Below, one piece after another: positions 1 through 8,647 of a stretch of DNA of 29,987 bases. The stretch comes from a virus (taxonomy: Duplodnaviria; Caudoviricetes), in the IMG/VR virus record IMGVR_UViG_3300037045_000291, positions 1 through 29,987 of that record; one strand, given 5' to 3'. Position 1 is the stretch's first letter, and the number at the start of each line of letters is the position of its first letter. The position numbers were made by a program, and so were the translations under genes. The notes beneath the pieces were generated by a model, which did no database searches, had not been told where the DNA came from, and was given only the letters and a program-made list of their open reading frames with translations.

Positions 1-45
1 ACGGAACTTGAAGCTAAATTTGCTTAACAGATAAAAATGAATAAA

Positions 46-62
46 CACATCCACAGGATGTG
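46..62. terminator. Short perfect hairpin, possible terminator for minus-strand transcription (or an operator)
   Basis: CACATCC-ACA-GGATGTG is a 7-bp inverted repeat, followed by TTTATT on the minus strand. Confidence 0.3.
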
Positions 63-368
63 AAAAAAGCGTACTTTTGTCCTAAACTATTTTTAAAAAA
101 GTGTCCAAGGAATAGGGGGTCAAACCATCATTACAATAGAGTACAGGTTCAAGTCCTTTGTCTTTTATACAGTATTTTATCTCTGAATTCTTATGTTCAC
201 ACATTTGTATGTTTTTTTTAATATGACCGCTAATATTTCCCTAAACACTACTCAAATTCCTGAAGCAGCACTCTAATTATACATCACCTTCTGCAAACTT
301 CGCACTCATTTCTATTGGTGTGCAACCTTATGATTGGTGTTAACATATGTTTTTAATAATCATTTAAG

Positions 369-1229
369 CTAATTGCTATAACCCAATGAACTGATAATTT
401 CTTTTTTAGCTCTTTCTTCATACTCAAAATATTTAACTAAAGCTCTTTCTTCCAATTTGTAAAATGCCAAGAAGACCATCCACATGATTGCAATAGGCAT
501 CATTAAAATTTTATCAATATTACTATCTCCAACATCATCAGTATTCCTAATTATTGCACTTAATATTAATATGATAAAAGGTATATGAGCAAGTATCAAA
601 AACACAACAGTCTTTTTTTTAATGCTTTTCAATTTATCATGTTTATTCGAAAGAGTTAGTAAATATTGATCTTTTAATAAAATTGAGTTTACTTTTTCTT
701 CAAAGTCTTTTTGTCTCTTTAATTCTAATTCTTTTGCCAATTTTTCTTTAGTTTGCTTATCTATTATAGATTGAGCTCTCGATTCTTGTTCATATTCTAG
801 TTTCTTTTGTGTTATGTCCCTATTCTCACTTATCTTTGATTTATTATGAAAATAATTTTTAATATCATTTAATGTTTTTGGCAGAAAATCTCTTTTATTT
901 GCATCATCAATTAGAAAAGCATATGTATCTGTACCATCAAGTTGCAAACTAAGAATAATAGAGTCTTGAAACACGGGTCTTAATAGAACAGCTCCATTAG
1001 TTGTTTTAATCATCAAACAATTATTAGTAGATAATAATTTCCAATTTGCAATTGTTACAATACCATTAACAGAGATAAAGAGCTCTTCATTTTCTTGAAA
1101 AATATAAATTGCTTTCTCGCCTGTGTCATTGAACACCCACCATTCTTTATTACATAAGGTAGTTTTAATATCCAAACTTTCACTTAATCGTTTATAACGA
1201 TTAAACGTGTCCATTAAGTATGTTTTCAT
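369..1229 (-). CDS. Hypothetical membrane protein: N-terminal beta-rich domain, charged coiled-coil, two C-terminal TM helices
   Basis: 286-aa ORF with hydrophobic segments VVFLILAHIPFIILILSAII and ILMMPIAIMWMVFLAFY and a K/E/Q-rich helical middle. Confidence 0.8.
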   Translation of the reverse strand: MKTYLMDTFNRYKRLSESLDIKTTLCNKEWWVFNDTGEKAIYIFQENEELFISVNGIVTIANWKLLSTNNCLMIKTTNGAVLLRPVFQDSIILSLQLDGTDTYAFLIDDANKRDFLPKTLNDIKNYFHNKSKISENRDITQKKLEYEQESRAQSIIDKQTKEKLAKELELKRQKDFEEKVNSILLKDQYLLTLSNKHDKLKSIKKKTVVFLILAHIPFIILILSAIIRNTDDVGDSNIDKILMMPIAIMWMVFLAFYKLEERALVKYFEYEERAKKEIISSLGYSN

Positions 1230-1249
1230 TGTTTAATGATTAAATATGA

Positions 1250-2071
1250 TTAATATTCGTAGTCGTCGTAAGTGTCAGGGGTATAATCACCCTCTAAACC
1301 ATCAGTTAAAGCGTAGAAGTTATCACGAGCCAAGTCAGAATCAGATGGCCTATCATAATAATTGTCGTTCAAAACAGGAGGCAACTCATAGTTTTCTACA
1401 AGCTCTAATTCATTTATAAATTTCGGTTTAAATTCTTCGAACTCAATGTTTAGTACATCTTTATCAACAGGATACCAATTGAGGAATTTATATGGCTTTT
1501 CAATGAATTCTAAAATAAATTGCGTTCTTTCTTTAACAAAACTTCGTCGCAATAAATCTGACAATAATGATTCATCATTGTGAGCTGGTAAAATGTTTAC
1601 GCAATATGTGTGTTTTGTGAAATCTGTTACAGTACTCCAGGCTGTTGTAACCAATACTGTACTTCCGTAATAATTTTCCATTTTTTTAAAGAGAGAATAA
1701 TAGCTGTTGAAGTATTGATTATCAAATGTACTTCTGGCTTTTTCAACTTTATCTATCAATGAAGATAAAAAATATGATGGATAACAAAAGGATGCTGCTT
1801 TTATAGTATAGTTTGGATTATTTGATGTGGAATTATTATCTAAGCAATAAAGAGGAAAGAACTTTGTTTCAACCGGTAGAAAATTATTTATTATCACGGT
1901 TTTAGAGTCTTTTCTTCCTAATTTAAATAAGCCAAATTCAAGGCTTTTGTGTGACCTTTCAATAGCATCTTGAATTAGCTCATTATCTGATTTGCTATGA
2001 AATGGATAAGATACTAGTGTTGAGTCTAACAAATTTGTTAAATAGGTGCGGTATGAAGATTGGTCACTCAT
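1250..2071 (-). CDS. Hypothetical protein with acidic, Tyr-rich C-terminal tail
   Basis: 273-aa ORF ending 20 nt before the next gene; C-terminus DSDLARDNFYALTDGLEGDYTPDTYDDYEY. Confidence 0.75.
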   Translation of the reverse strand: MSDQSSYRTYLTNLLDSTLVSYPFHSKSDNELIQDAIERSHKSLEFGLFKLGRKDSKTVIINNFLPVETKFFPLYCLDNNSTSNNPNYTIKAASFCYPSYFLSSLIDKVEKARSTFDNQYFNSYYSLFKKMENYYGSTVLVTTAWSTVTDFTKHTYCVNILPAHNDESLLSDLLRRSFVKERTQFILEFIEKPYKFLNWYPVDKDVLNIEFEEFKPKFINELELVENYELPPVLNDNYYDRPSDSDLARDNFYALTDGLEGDYTPDTYDDYEY

Positions 2072-2286
2072 TGCTATTGCTGTTAAAAATTATTTTTCCA
2101 TGTATTGTGTCAATATAAAAATACAACTATCTAATTAGTAATTGAAAAAAGGTTAAAGTTGCTTTTCTAGATTCATTTGCGAGATAAATGTTATAATGCT
2201 CAGTCAGAATCTAATTCAAAGTCAGACCATTAGTGCAAATTAAAACTGAAGCTACCTTCAAAAAGTATAGAATTTTAAGTAAAAAA

Positions 2287-4095
2287 TTACCACTCACTAA
2301 AATCGACCTCGTTGATTTCTATGACAGATGCCAGATCCCTATACTTTTTGAAAATTTCAAGACTATCTTTAATATCATCATACTCTTCATGCTCAACAAG
2401 TTCATTATCAATTATGTCAAATACCTTGTAGTTTGAAATCACAATACACTTTTTGACAGCCCTAGTAATAGCAACGTTTAACCGGTTAGGACTATAGAAA
2501 AAGTCTAAACGACTCATTGATTCCAATGGGTGCGAATTTCCAAAGCTGTAGATTATGTAATTTCTTTCTTGTCCTTGAATACTATCAACAGTATCCACGA
2601 ATAGCTTTTCGAATGGCTTTTTAATATTTTTTGGCAGAACTTTATTAATAGCTTTTTTGATTTCCCTTACTTGAGCCCTGTATGGTGAGATAATCCCAAT
2701 TTCTTCAATTTTAATTCCATTTGAAAGCAGATCACTTATTAACCCTGCGACCAGTTTGGCTTCATATGGAGAGCGTCCCTGGGCATCAAAAGTATTGTGA
2801 AGAACTAATGTATGGGAACCATTGTTAAGTATTTTGGAATAATCATTAGAAAAATAATACTGGCTGTCAATAATTGTTGTTTCTGCTGCAACTAATTTAT
2901 CGTTATAAAAAAGGTGATTAGGGAGTTTGATTAACTCTTCATTGAGTCTGTAAGACGTCTGTAATAGATGAATTTCCTTGGGATATAATCTTGCTAATCT
3001 GCTAAAGATTGACTCTGCAAACATCTCGTTATTCGACTTTTTGGGAATAATCGGGTCAAGTTGTTTATGGTCTCCTACAAAGATAACTTTTTTCACTCTT
3101 GAAATTATTGCCAATGCTAATGGAATACTTAATTGGGATGCTTCATCTACAATAGCGACATCAAAATTCCATCCCTCCAATTTTTTTGAAACAGGATAAC
3201 ACAATGCATAAACAGTTGCACCAACGGTAATGCCATAATTTCCTGTTACATTATTATCCGATAGAATTGATAACCAACGATTATGTTGGAGTCTTGATAG
3301 TTTTTCAACTATATCGTTTGATTGAATTTCTTTATTATTGGCTTTTTCTCCAATTTTAATTGTTCTCCATTTAACATTTACAGTTTTAGAAATAGAATCA
3401 AGACAGTTGTTGATTGCAGTATGAGTTGGTGCTGTAACAAAAACTTTTTTACCTTCAATAATAAATTGTTTAGCTATACTAGCGATAGTAGTAGTTTTTC
3501 CTGTACCTGGAGGTCCTTGGATTAAACAAAAATCACTGGCACTAACTGCATTTTGAAAAGCTCTGTTTTGTGAATCATTCAAACCTTTTACCCCATCAAC
3601 TTGTGGATAATAACTGTTTTGTGTTTTTCCGTTTAAAAATTTTTCAACTCTAATCAGGTCAAACTCATTACATTCCAGATGTCTTGCAGTGTTTTTCAAC
3701 ATCTTTGTGCCGATATCGGTATAAATACTACATATTTCCCAATTGGTTCTGGGGTAGTCAAGTGAGTTGAGTAAGCAAAATTGAGCGTCCCAATCGTTTG
3801 GTTTTAATATGAAATTATCGACACTGTCTTCATCTACATCCATTTTAAAGCTTATATCACCGTTACTTAAAATAACCGGAGTACCTTCTTTAAATTTTGA
3901 TATATTGTTTTCACAGAAAATTTTTGCTAAAATAATATGTCTGCTTTCAAGTTCAAATTCTACTGTAAGATTTGTCATTAGTACTCCCTTTGCTACACGT
4001 TCATCTATTGGCAATTTTTCTTGTTCGTTGAATTCCTGAATTGTTTTATTGTATTCGATTTCAATCGCTTCATGAAATGATTTCAGTACGTCCAT
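2287..4095 (-). CDS. Superfamily 1B helicase, Upf1/Dna2/IGHMBP2-like (AAA_11 plus AAA_12)
   Basis: Q motif LNDSQ, Walker A GPPGTGKTT, motif Ia APTHTAIN, Walker B VDEASQ, motif III VGDHKQL, YRLN, motif V TVDSIQGQE, motif VI RLNVAITRA. Confidence 0.93.
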   Translation of the reverse strand: MDVLKSFHEAIEIEYNKTIQEFNEQEKLPIDERVAKGVLMTNLTVEFELESRHIILAKIFCENNISKFKEGTPVILSNGDISFKMDVDEDSVDNFILKPNDWDAQFCLLNSLDYPRTNWEICSIYTDIGTKMLKNTARHLECNEFDLIRVEKFLNGKTQNSYYPQVDGVKGLNDSQNRAFQNAVSASDFCLIQGPPGTGKTTTIASIAKQFIIEGKKVFVTAPTHTAINNCLDSISKTVNVKWRTIKIGEKANNKEIQSNDIVEKLSRLQHNRWLSILSDNNVTGNYGITVGATVYALCYPVSKKLEGWNFDVAIVDEASQLSIPLALAIISRVKKVIFVGDHKQLDPIIPKKSNNEMFAESIFSRLARLYPKEIHLLQTSYRLNEELIKLPNHLFYNDKLVAAETTIIDSQYYFSNDYSKILNNGSHTLVLHNTFDAQGRSPYEAKLVAGLISDLLSNGIKIEEIGIISPYRAQVREIKKAINKVLPKNIKKPFEKLFVDTVDSIQGQERNYIIYSFGNSHPLESMSRLDFFYSPNRLNVAITRAVKKCIVISNYKVFDIIDNELVEHEEYDDIKDSLEIFKKYRDLASVIEINEVDFSEW

Positions 4096-5853
4096 TTAAA
4101 TTTTATGTTTAAGTGAGGTTAATATTATTTTTGATTCTCTTGTCATGTCTGGGACTCTGACTGTATAATAATTAGGATAATTCTCATGTAGAACAACCAA
4201 CTGCATAGAAGAAATATTCATTGAATATTCAGTTTCTATAAGTAATTTGTATATGTTTTGTTGTAAGCAGTATCTATAATAACTCGAATTATCTAAATTG
4301 TTTAACTCAGATAAAGCATAGCCATATCCATAAATTCTGGGGCGTCCGTCAATTATTAACTTTTTACTTCTCTTCCAATCGACCATCACATATTCATTTT
4401 TATGTTCTTTTTTGAAAAGGCAGTCAATTGTTCCCGCAATATTGTATTGGTTAGAGAAAACAGCTTTTTCTGCTTCAAAGAAGCTAAGATGTCTTGGCCT
4501 GACTTCATTATTGTAAAACTCAAGGAACATTTTAAATTCCATTAGTTCAGAATCGAACTCTTTACCAGTTAAGAAATTCTCAATTTGACTGTGCAGGTAT
4601 GTGCCTTTTTCTGCAGCCTCATCTCTTGTAAAAAGATACTCGTCAAGCACTTCGTCTTCTGTTCTATTTTCCCTTTCAGCTTTTTTTTCTATGTATCGTT
4701 TTAAATCAAAAGGGAAAAAGCGCTCAATAAGTGTAGTGACAGAAATATACTCGGCATTTCCTGTTTCGTCTTTTGGGTGTAAGTATGTGTGTGACTCTTC
4801 GTCAAAGGCAATATTGCTACTCCAGTTTTCTGATTTAAATTTTTTGGTTCTCTGAATTATATTCTCAATGCTTTCATCTTGTGATGTGTCAATTAGAATC
4901 TCTTTGTAGCTATATTGTTTATGGAATCTCTCTATTCCTAAATACCTTTCACGAAAATAACTTTTTTGCCACTGAATACATTGATTATAGTCCCATTGAT
5001 TTTCTTGTTGGCAGATTATTTCATTTGAAACTGGTCTGTTATACAATGAATTAAGAACGTTTTTCACATAATCTATACACTCAAGAGCTTGACAATGTAC
5101 TTGTCTTTCAGTAAATCTTATAACAATCCATCCACTTTCAGTGAAAAACAAATCTCTTGTATTGTCCTGTTTGGTGTCATCTTCAGGGTTAATATAATGT
5201 GTTGGGTATCTGTAGTATCCATCATAAGGTTCATCTATCTCAATATCTATGTAAAGATTTAAGATTTCATCGAATAGCACAATATCTGGTTCATAAGGTT
5301 TGTTGAAATGCGGGATAACCATATGTACATTATTGGTCATCTCAATATCTCTAATGTTATTTTTTAGCAAATCGAAAAAGTCGTCTTCTTTATATCCCTT
5401 TTGATTTGAACGCCCAGTTCTTGGGAGTTTAAGTATGGAATTTAAAACAGGCATTATAACCACAGGATACAGATATTGCCCTTCTTGTGCGAAGATACTA
5501 TTAGGCTTGTATAAGATTCTAAGGTCATTAGTTTGTGCTTCATTGGGCTCTGACCTAATAATCTGTTTTGATTGCTTTTGGGGTTTTTCTTCCTCAGAAA
5601 TATTTTTCTTTTTTTCTGTTGTAGGAGGTATAGGTATAGATTCTTCAACAGGTGAAGGTGTAATTGGTATATCTACTTTTGACTGTACCCTCAATAATTT
5701 ATATGATGCCCAATCTTGTCTTACCTCGGTAAAAAACCTGCTTTTCTCGTCCTTAGTTAGTTGGGCAGGTGATGTTACTCCATAAAGACTCATTTTTGAC
5801 AAAAAAAAGGCTCTATACTCTTTCTGTAGAATAGATAGTTTTCTTTCTTGCAT
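4096..5853 (-). CDS. Two-nuclease fusion: small N-terminal helical domain, DUF559/Vsr-like endonuclease, C-terminal PD-(D/E)XK (RecB/phage exonuclease-like) nuclease
   Basis: Middle domain PYEPDIVL...IDIEIDEPY...H...D..RDLFFTESGWIVIRF; C-terminal domain FDEESHTY...SVTTLI...GTYLHSQIE...AGTIDCL...VDWK...Y.LQQNIY. Confidence 0.8.
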   Translation of the reverse strand: MQERKLSILQKEYRAFFLSKMSLYGVTSPAQLTKDEKSRFFTEVRQDWASYKLLRVQSKVDIPITPSPVEESIPIPPTTEKKKNISEEEKPQKQSKQIIRSEPNEAQTNDLRILYKPNSIFAQEGQYLYPVVIMPVLNSILKLPRTGRSNQKGYKEDDFFDLLKNNIRDIEMTNNVHMVIPHFNKPYEPDIVLFDEILNLYIDIEIDEPYDGYYRYPTHYINPEDDTKQDNTRDLFFTESGWIVIRFTERQVHCQALECIDYVKNVLNSLYNRPVSNEIICQQENQWDYNQCIQWQKSYFRERYLGIERFHKQYSYKEILIDTSQDESIENIIQRTKKFKSENWSSNIAFDEESHTYLHPKDETGNAEYISVTTLIERFFPFDLKRYIEKKAERENRTEDEVLDEYLFTRDEAAEKGTYLHSQIENFLTGKEFDSELMEFKMFLEFYNNEVRPRHLSFFEAEKAVFSNQYNIAGTIDCLFKKEHKNEYVMVDWKRSKKLIIDGRPRIYGYGYALSELNNLDNSSYYRYCLQQNIYKLLIETEYSMNISSMQLVVLHENYPNYYTVRVPDMTRESKIILTSLKHKI

Positions 5854-5900
5854 TTAATATCGAGAATATTTTATTTGAAATTGTAATTTGCTCTATAATA

Positions 5901-6479
5901 TCAAAATCTGCCTTGTTGAACTTTCTTCCAAAATTTGAATTCTTCGTCAATCAATTTTGAAATATATGATGGATTACTATCTATTTTTAATATCAATGTT
6001 GGTTTGTCAGGTAAGTAACAAAAAAAATCAATTGAGTCCAATCCTGTAATGGCTAATACGTGTTGCAATTGACCATAGTAATAATCTGGAACTTTTTTAT
6101 AATTACTCACATTTTTGTATACCGACTCACCACATTTAATTTCCACAACACTGCTTTTATCAAAAGATAATCCATCTAGGCTTGCTTTTAACCAATCATA
6201 GGTATTACTCTGCAGACACACAGGTCTAACATTTTTGTTATATTTCTCATTATATAACTTGCGTGCGATTGGCTCTAATAGCATTCCTCTTCTCATTGCA
6301 TCATTAATAAATTCATCTTGGGGTGGATTAATTTTTTTGCTTAAAAGTTCAGTTGAAGTTTTCCAAGGATTTTCACCCATAATAATTGGCGCATCTGTAG
6401 CTGAAATTCCGTTGTGTCTCCATTTTTTCCATTCTTGAGAGTCTTGTGTGAGATTCATGATTGAATAGTTACCCTTCAT
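5901..6479 (-). CDS. yqaJ: YqaJ-like viral recombinase / lambda-exonuclease family nuclease
   Basis: QDSQEWKKWR..GISATD..IIMG.NPWKT, AMRRG..LEP.AR, ASLDG, VEIKC, VPDYYYGQLQH. Confidence 0.9.
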   Translation of the reverse strand: MKGNYSIMNLTQDSQEWKKWRHNGISATDAPIIMGENPWKTSTELLSKKINPPQDEFINDAMRRGMLLEPIARKLYNEKYNKNVRPVCLQSNTYDWLKASLDGLSFDKSSVVEIKCGESVYKNVSNYKKVPDYYYGQLQHVLAITGLDSIDFFCYLPDKPTLILKIDSNPSYISKLIDEEFKFWKKVQQGRF

Positions 6480-6618
6480 AAGTGTTAAGTTTTTAAATTG
6501 CCAATTTTTAGATAATTGAATATTAATTTGCTTTTTAAATTATGATTATAGATAAAAGTAAAAATCTCAATCTCAAAAATTTCAATAGTTAATCATCTTT
6601 TCATAGTTCATCAATGCA

Positions 6619-6651
6619 CAAATATACAAATATGTCTTTATATAAACCAAA
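6619..6651 (-). promoter_or_regulatory. Bacteroidota housekeeping-sigma promoter for the yqaJ-nuclease-helicase operon
   Basis: Minus strand reads TTTG (6651-6648), 21 nt, TATATTTG (6626-6619), matching the -33 TTTG / -7 TAnnTTTG consensus. Confidence 0.6.
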
Positions 6652-6689
6652 GAAACATAAAAAATATTTTATTTTACACTATTTGACTA

Positions 6690-6772
6690 AGTTAAACAAT
6701 TCTAAATCAGTCTGTTGACTGGGTAAGAAAGATTGCAAATCTCTAACTCAATTAGTAAGTTTGTACTATAAT
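6690..6772 (+). promoter_or_regulatory. Promoter cassette copy 1 (IHF-like site, -33 TTG, -7 TAAGTTTG)
   Basis: TTG 6733-6735, 20 nt, TAAGTTTG 6756-6763; aligns without gaps to 7314-7396. Confidence 0.75.
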
Positions 6773-6806
6773 CAAAAAGCACTAATCAATTTAAAAACAA
6801 ATAGTT

Positions 6807-7253
6807 ATGACAAACTTATTCAGCAATCCATTATTGGAAGTACAGTCAATCAGCAAAAGAGCAGTAGAAAGATCCGGCCAACTTATTTACGATTTCTTTT
6901 CCGAAATGGAAGCTCAGGGTTACATCGAAAGTTTTGAATTCGAGATGAAACCATACAACAACGGATATGAACTATGTTTTGAACCGAAATGTAATCTCAA
7001 TAAACTGGAAAGTATCCCTGAAATCCTACGGAACTACTGCTTTGGAACTAAAATTATCAACTTCCATCCGGAAAGTTTTTTCAACTCCTACTTTAACGAA
7101 GGCAGTGCTTCAATCACTTACAGAACAGTAGATGGAGATTATAAAACCATCAAGGTAAACGAAGCAACCAATTTTGAAACACTTATAAACGACTTTTGGA
7201 ATGCCAACCGTTCAAAACTTACCGTAGAAACTGAGCTGTTAATATCAAAGTAA
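6807..7253 (+). CDS. Hypothetical phage protein (148 aa)
   Basis: ORF with its own promoter and downstream terminator; start context AAATAGTTATG is shared with the gene at 7420. Confidence 0.8.
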   Translation: MTNLFSNPLLEVQSISKRAVERSGQLIYDFFSEMEAQGYIESFEFEMKPYNNGYELCFEPKCNLNKLESIPEILRNYCFGTKIINFHPESFFNSYFNEGSASITYRTVDGDYKTIKVNEATNFETLINDFWNANRSKLTVETELLISK

Positions 7254-7273
7254 TCACAATTTTTAAAGCTAAG

Positions 7274-7300
7274 AAGGGGGTGTAATTCACTCCCTTTTTT
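7274..7300 (+). terminator. Intrinsic terminator
   Basis: AAGGGGGTG-TAATT-CACTCCCTT stem running into a T tract, 20 nt after the 7253 stop. Confidence 0.8.
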
Positions 7301-7313
7301 GTGCAAAATAATT

Positions 7314-7396
7314 AGTTAAACAAATATAAATCAGTTAGTTATATGCGCTTAGCTGCTTGCAAAAATATTATACCTTTTGTAAGTTTGTATCATAAT
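7314..7396 (+). promoter_or_regulatory. Promoter cassette copy 2 (IHF-like site, -33 TTG, -7 TAAGTTTG)
   Basis: TTG 7357-7359, 20 nt, TAAGTTTG 7380-7387; same register as copy 1. Confidence 0.75.
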
Positions 7397-7419
7397 AAAA
7401 CACTCAAAACTAAATAGTT

Positions 7420-7611
7420 ATGACTACCCAAAAGCAAAAACATTCAGAATTGACATTCACCTATGAATTATTTTACAACGAGTATTTCTGTGATAGGTTT
7501 ACAAGTTTAGATGATGCAATTGGCAGAGCGAAATATATCATAAAAGCTAATCCTGAATCCAAAGGAGGTTTTACCATAGTATTGAACAACACAATTATAG
7601 CAGTATACTAA
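7420..7611 (+). CDS. Small hypothetical phage protein (63 aa)
   Basis: First ORF after promoter copy 2; ends 2 nt before the next gene. Confidence 0.7.
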   Translation: MTTQKQKHSELTFTYELFYNEYFCDRFTSLDDAIGRAKYIIKANPESKGGFTIVLNNTIIAVY

Positions 7612-7613
7612 TC

Positions 7614-7847
7614 ATGGAAACCAAAACTAACAAAGCCCTCTCATTATTCAGCTCCGGTGATATTGCCGGAGCATTGAAAATCTTCAAAACATTCCGGATT
7701 GGATTAACCGCAAATGAAAGAAGAATCCTTCAGATAGCCCAGGAATCATTAACCGGAAAAGAAAGTTTCTACCAGTCATTACAGCTCAATACAGAAGCTA
7801 TAAAGCAAGAAGCAATACAAATCATCAAACAGAAGTATAATCTTTAA
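7614..7847 (+). CDS. Small helical hypothetical protein, of a type I recall from Bacteroidales prophages
   Basis: 77 aa, METKT.KA....G....AL.IF.TFRIG.T..ERR.LQIA.ESL.G...FY..L pattern; operonic spacing. Confidence 0.75.
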   Translation: METKTNKALSLFSSGDIAGALKIFKTFRIGLTANERRILQIAQESLTGKESFYQSLQLNTEAIKQEAIQIIKQKYNL

Positions 7848-7907
7848 AAATTCGCTCTGGCAATAGCTTAGCACTTATTAATAGAATCATCAAATAAAAC
7901 AACAGTT

Positions 7908-8327
7908 ATGGAAACTCCAAAATTATCACCGAAATTAGAAAGCAACTTAAAGTCAATGGAAAACAGCCTTGGTATTTCATTGAAAGGTAAAAAAATCAAC
8001 TATCCCTATATAGGCGAAGGAATAATAGCTGGAGCACAGGGTGGAGAGATTCTCTGGTTCTCTGAATTAAAACAACTCCTATCTTTTCCGGTTGAAGAAA
8101 TATCAATGTACTTAGTTGAAGATGTCGAAGTTATAAAAAATGAAATTAAAAAGAACGACAAAGTTTTTGTTGCCGAAAGAGAAGGTGTAGTCAAAGAAGT
8201 ATACAAAGATGGATTTAAATCCGGAGTTTATGCACCAATGGATTTAATGTGCCAAAGATGGTATTTAGTTGAGTATGGGGATACAATTGGCGTTTTCCCT
8301 GAAAGCCAATTAACTAAAAAGGTCTGA
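7908..8327 (+). CDS. Hypothetical protein, possibly tandem SH3/KOW-like barrels
   Basis: 139 aa; IKKNDKVFV...EGVVKEV...WYLVEY....VFPESQL resembles an SH3-like pattern (inference). Confidence 0.7.
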   Translation: METPKLSPKLESNLKSMENSLGISLKGKKINYPYIGEGIIAGAQGGEILWFSELKQLLSFPVEEISMYLVEDVEVIKNEIKKNDKVFVAEREGVVKEVYKDGFKSGVYAPMDLMCQRWYLVEYGDTIGVFPESQLTKKV

Positions 8328-8355
8328 TAACTGTAGAATAAATCCAGAATCGAAA

Positions 8356-8634
8356 ATGAAGACAACCAATCGAGCCACAGCAATCATCGACACGATAGTC
8401 GAGTATTTGAACGGAACCACAATCTGGAGGGCAGCAATGACGCTGCCTTCAGGAAACGATATCACAGTTTACTGCATGACAGAAGATGGCCCGATGGAAT
8501 TCGGACTTACCTTCAACCAAGAAACGAATCAGTACACAGTCAACCGGACCGGCAAAACTTCAGAATCGAAGTTAGCCCCGAAGCACTGGTCAGACTATTC
8601 CCGCAGAGTAGCATCAAGTCGCAACAATAAATAA
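8356..8634 (+). CDS. Hypothetical phage protein (92 aa)
   Basis: Co-oriented ORF with short intergenic gaps. Confidence 0.7.
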   Translation: MKTTNRATAIIDTIVEYLNGTTIWRAAMTLPSGNDITVYCMTEDGPMEFGLTFNQETNQYTVNRTGKTSESKLAPKHWSDYSRRVASSRNNK

Positions 8635-8647
8635 TCTAAGCAGCATT

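Noticed and set aside
1-27. Possible 3' end of an upstream + strand gene (…TELEAKFA*)
   Set aside because: Only eight codons are visible, too few to support or identify.
72-165. TACTTTTG -7-like box followed by a tRNA T-loop-like GGTTCAAGTCC (146-156); possible tRNA remnant or att site
   Set aside because: The T-stem is imperfect, I could not build acceptor, D or anticodon stems, and no second copy is present to define an att core.
300-350. Short direct repeat ATTGGTGT (two copies) downstream of the 369-1229 gene, considered as an attC-like cassette site
   Set aside because: No convincing RYYYAAC…GTTRRRY boundaries or extended hairpin, and not repeated after the other accessory genes.
2233-6438. 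Short + strand ORFs opposite the helicase, nuclease and yqaJ genes
   Set aside because: Antisense shadows of long genes with clear motifs; no independent coding evidence.
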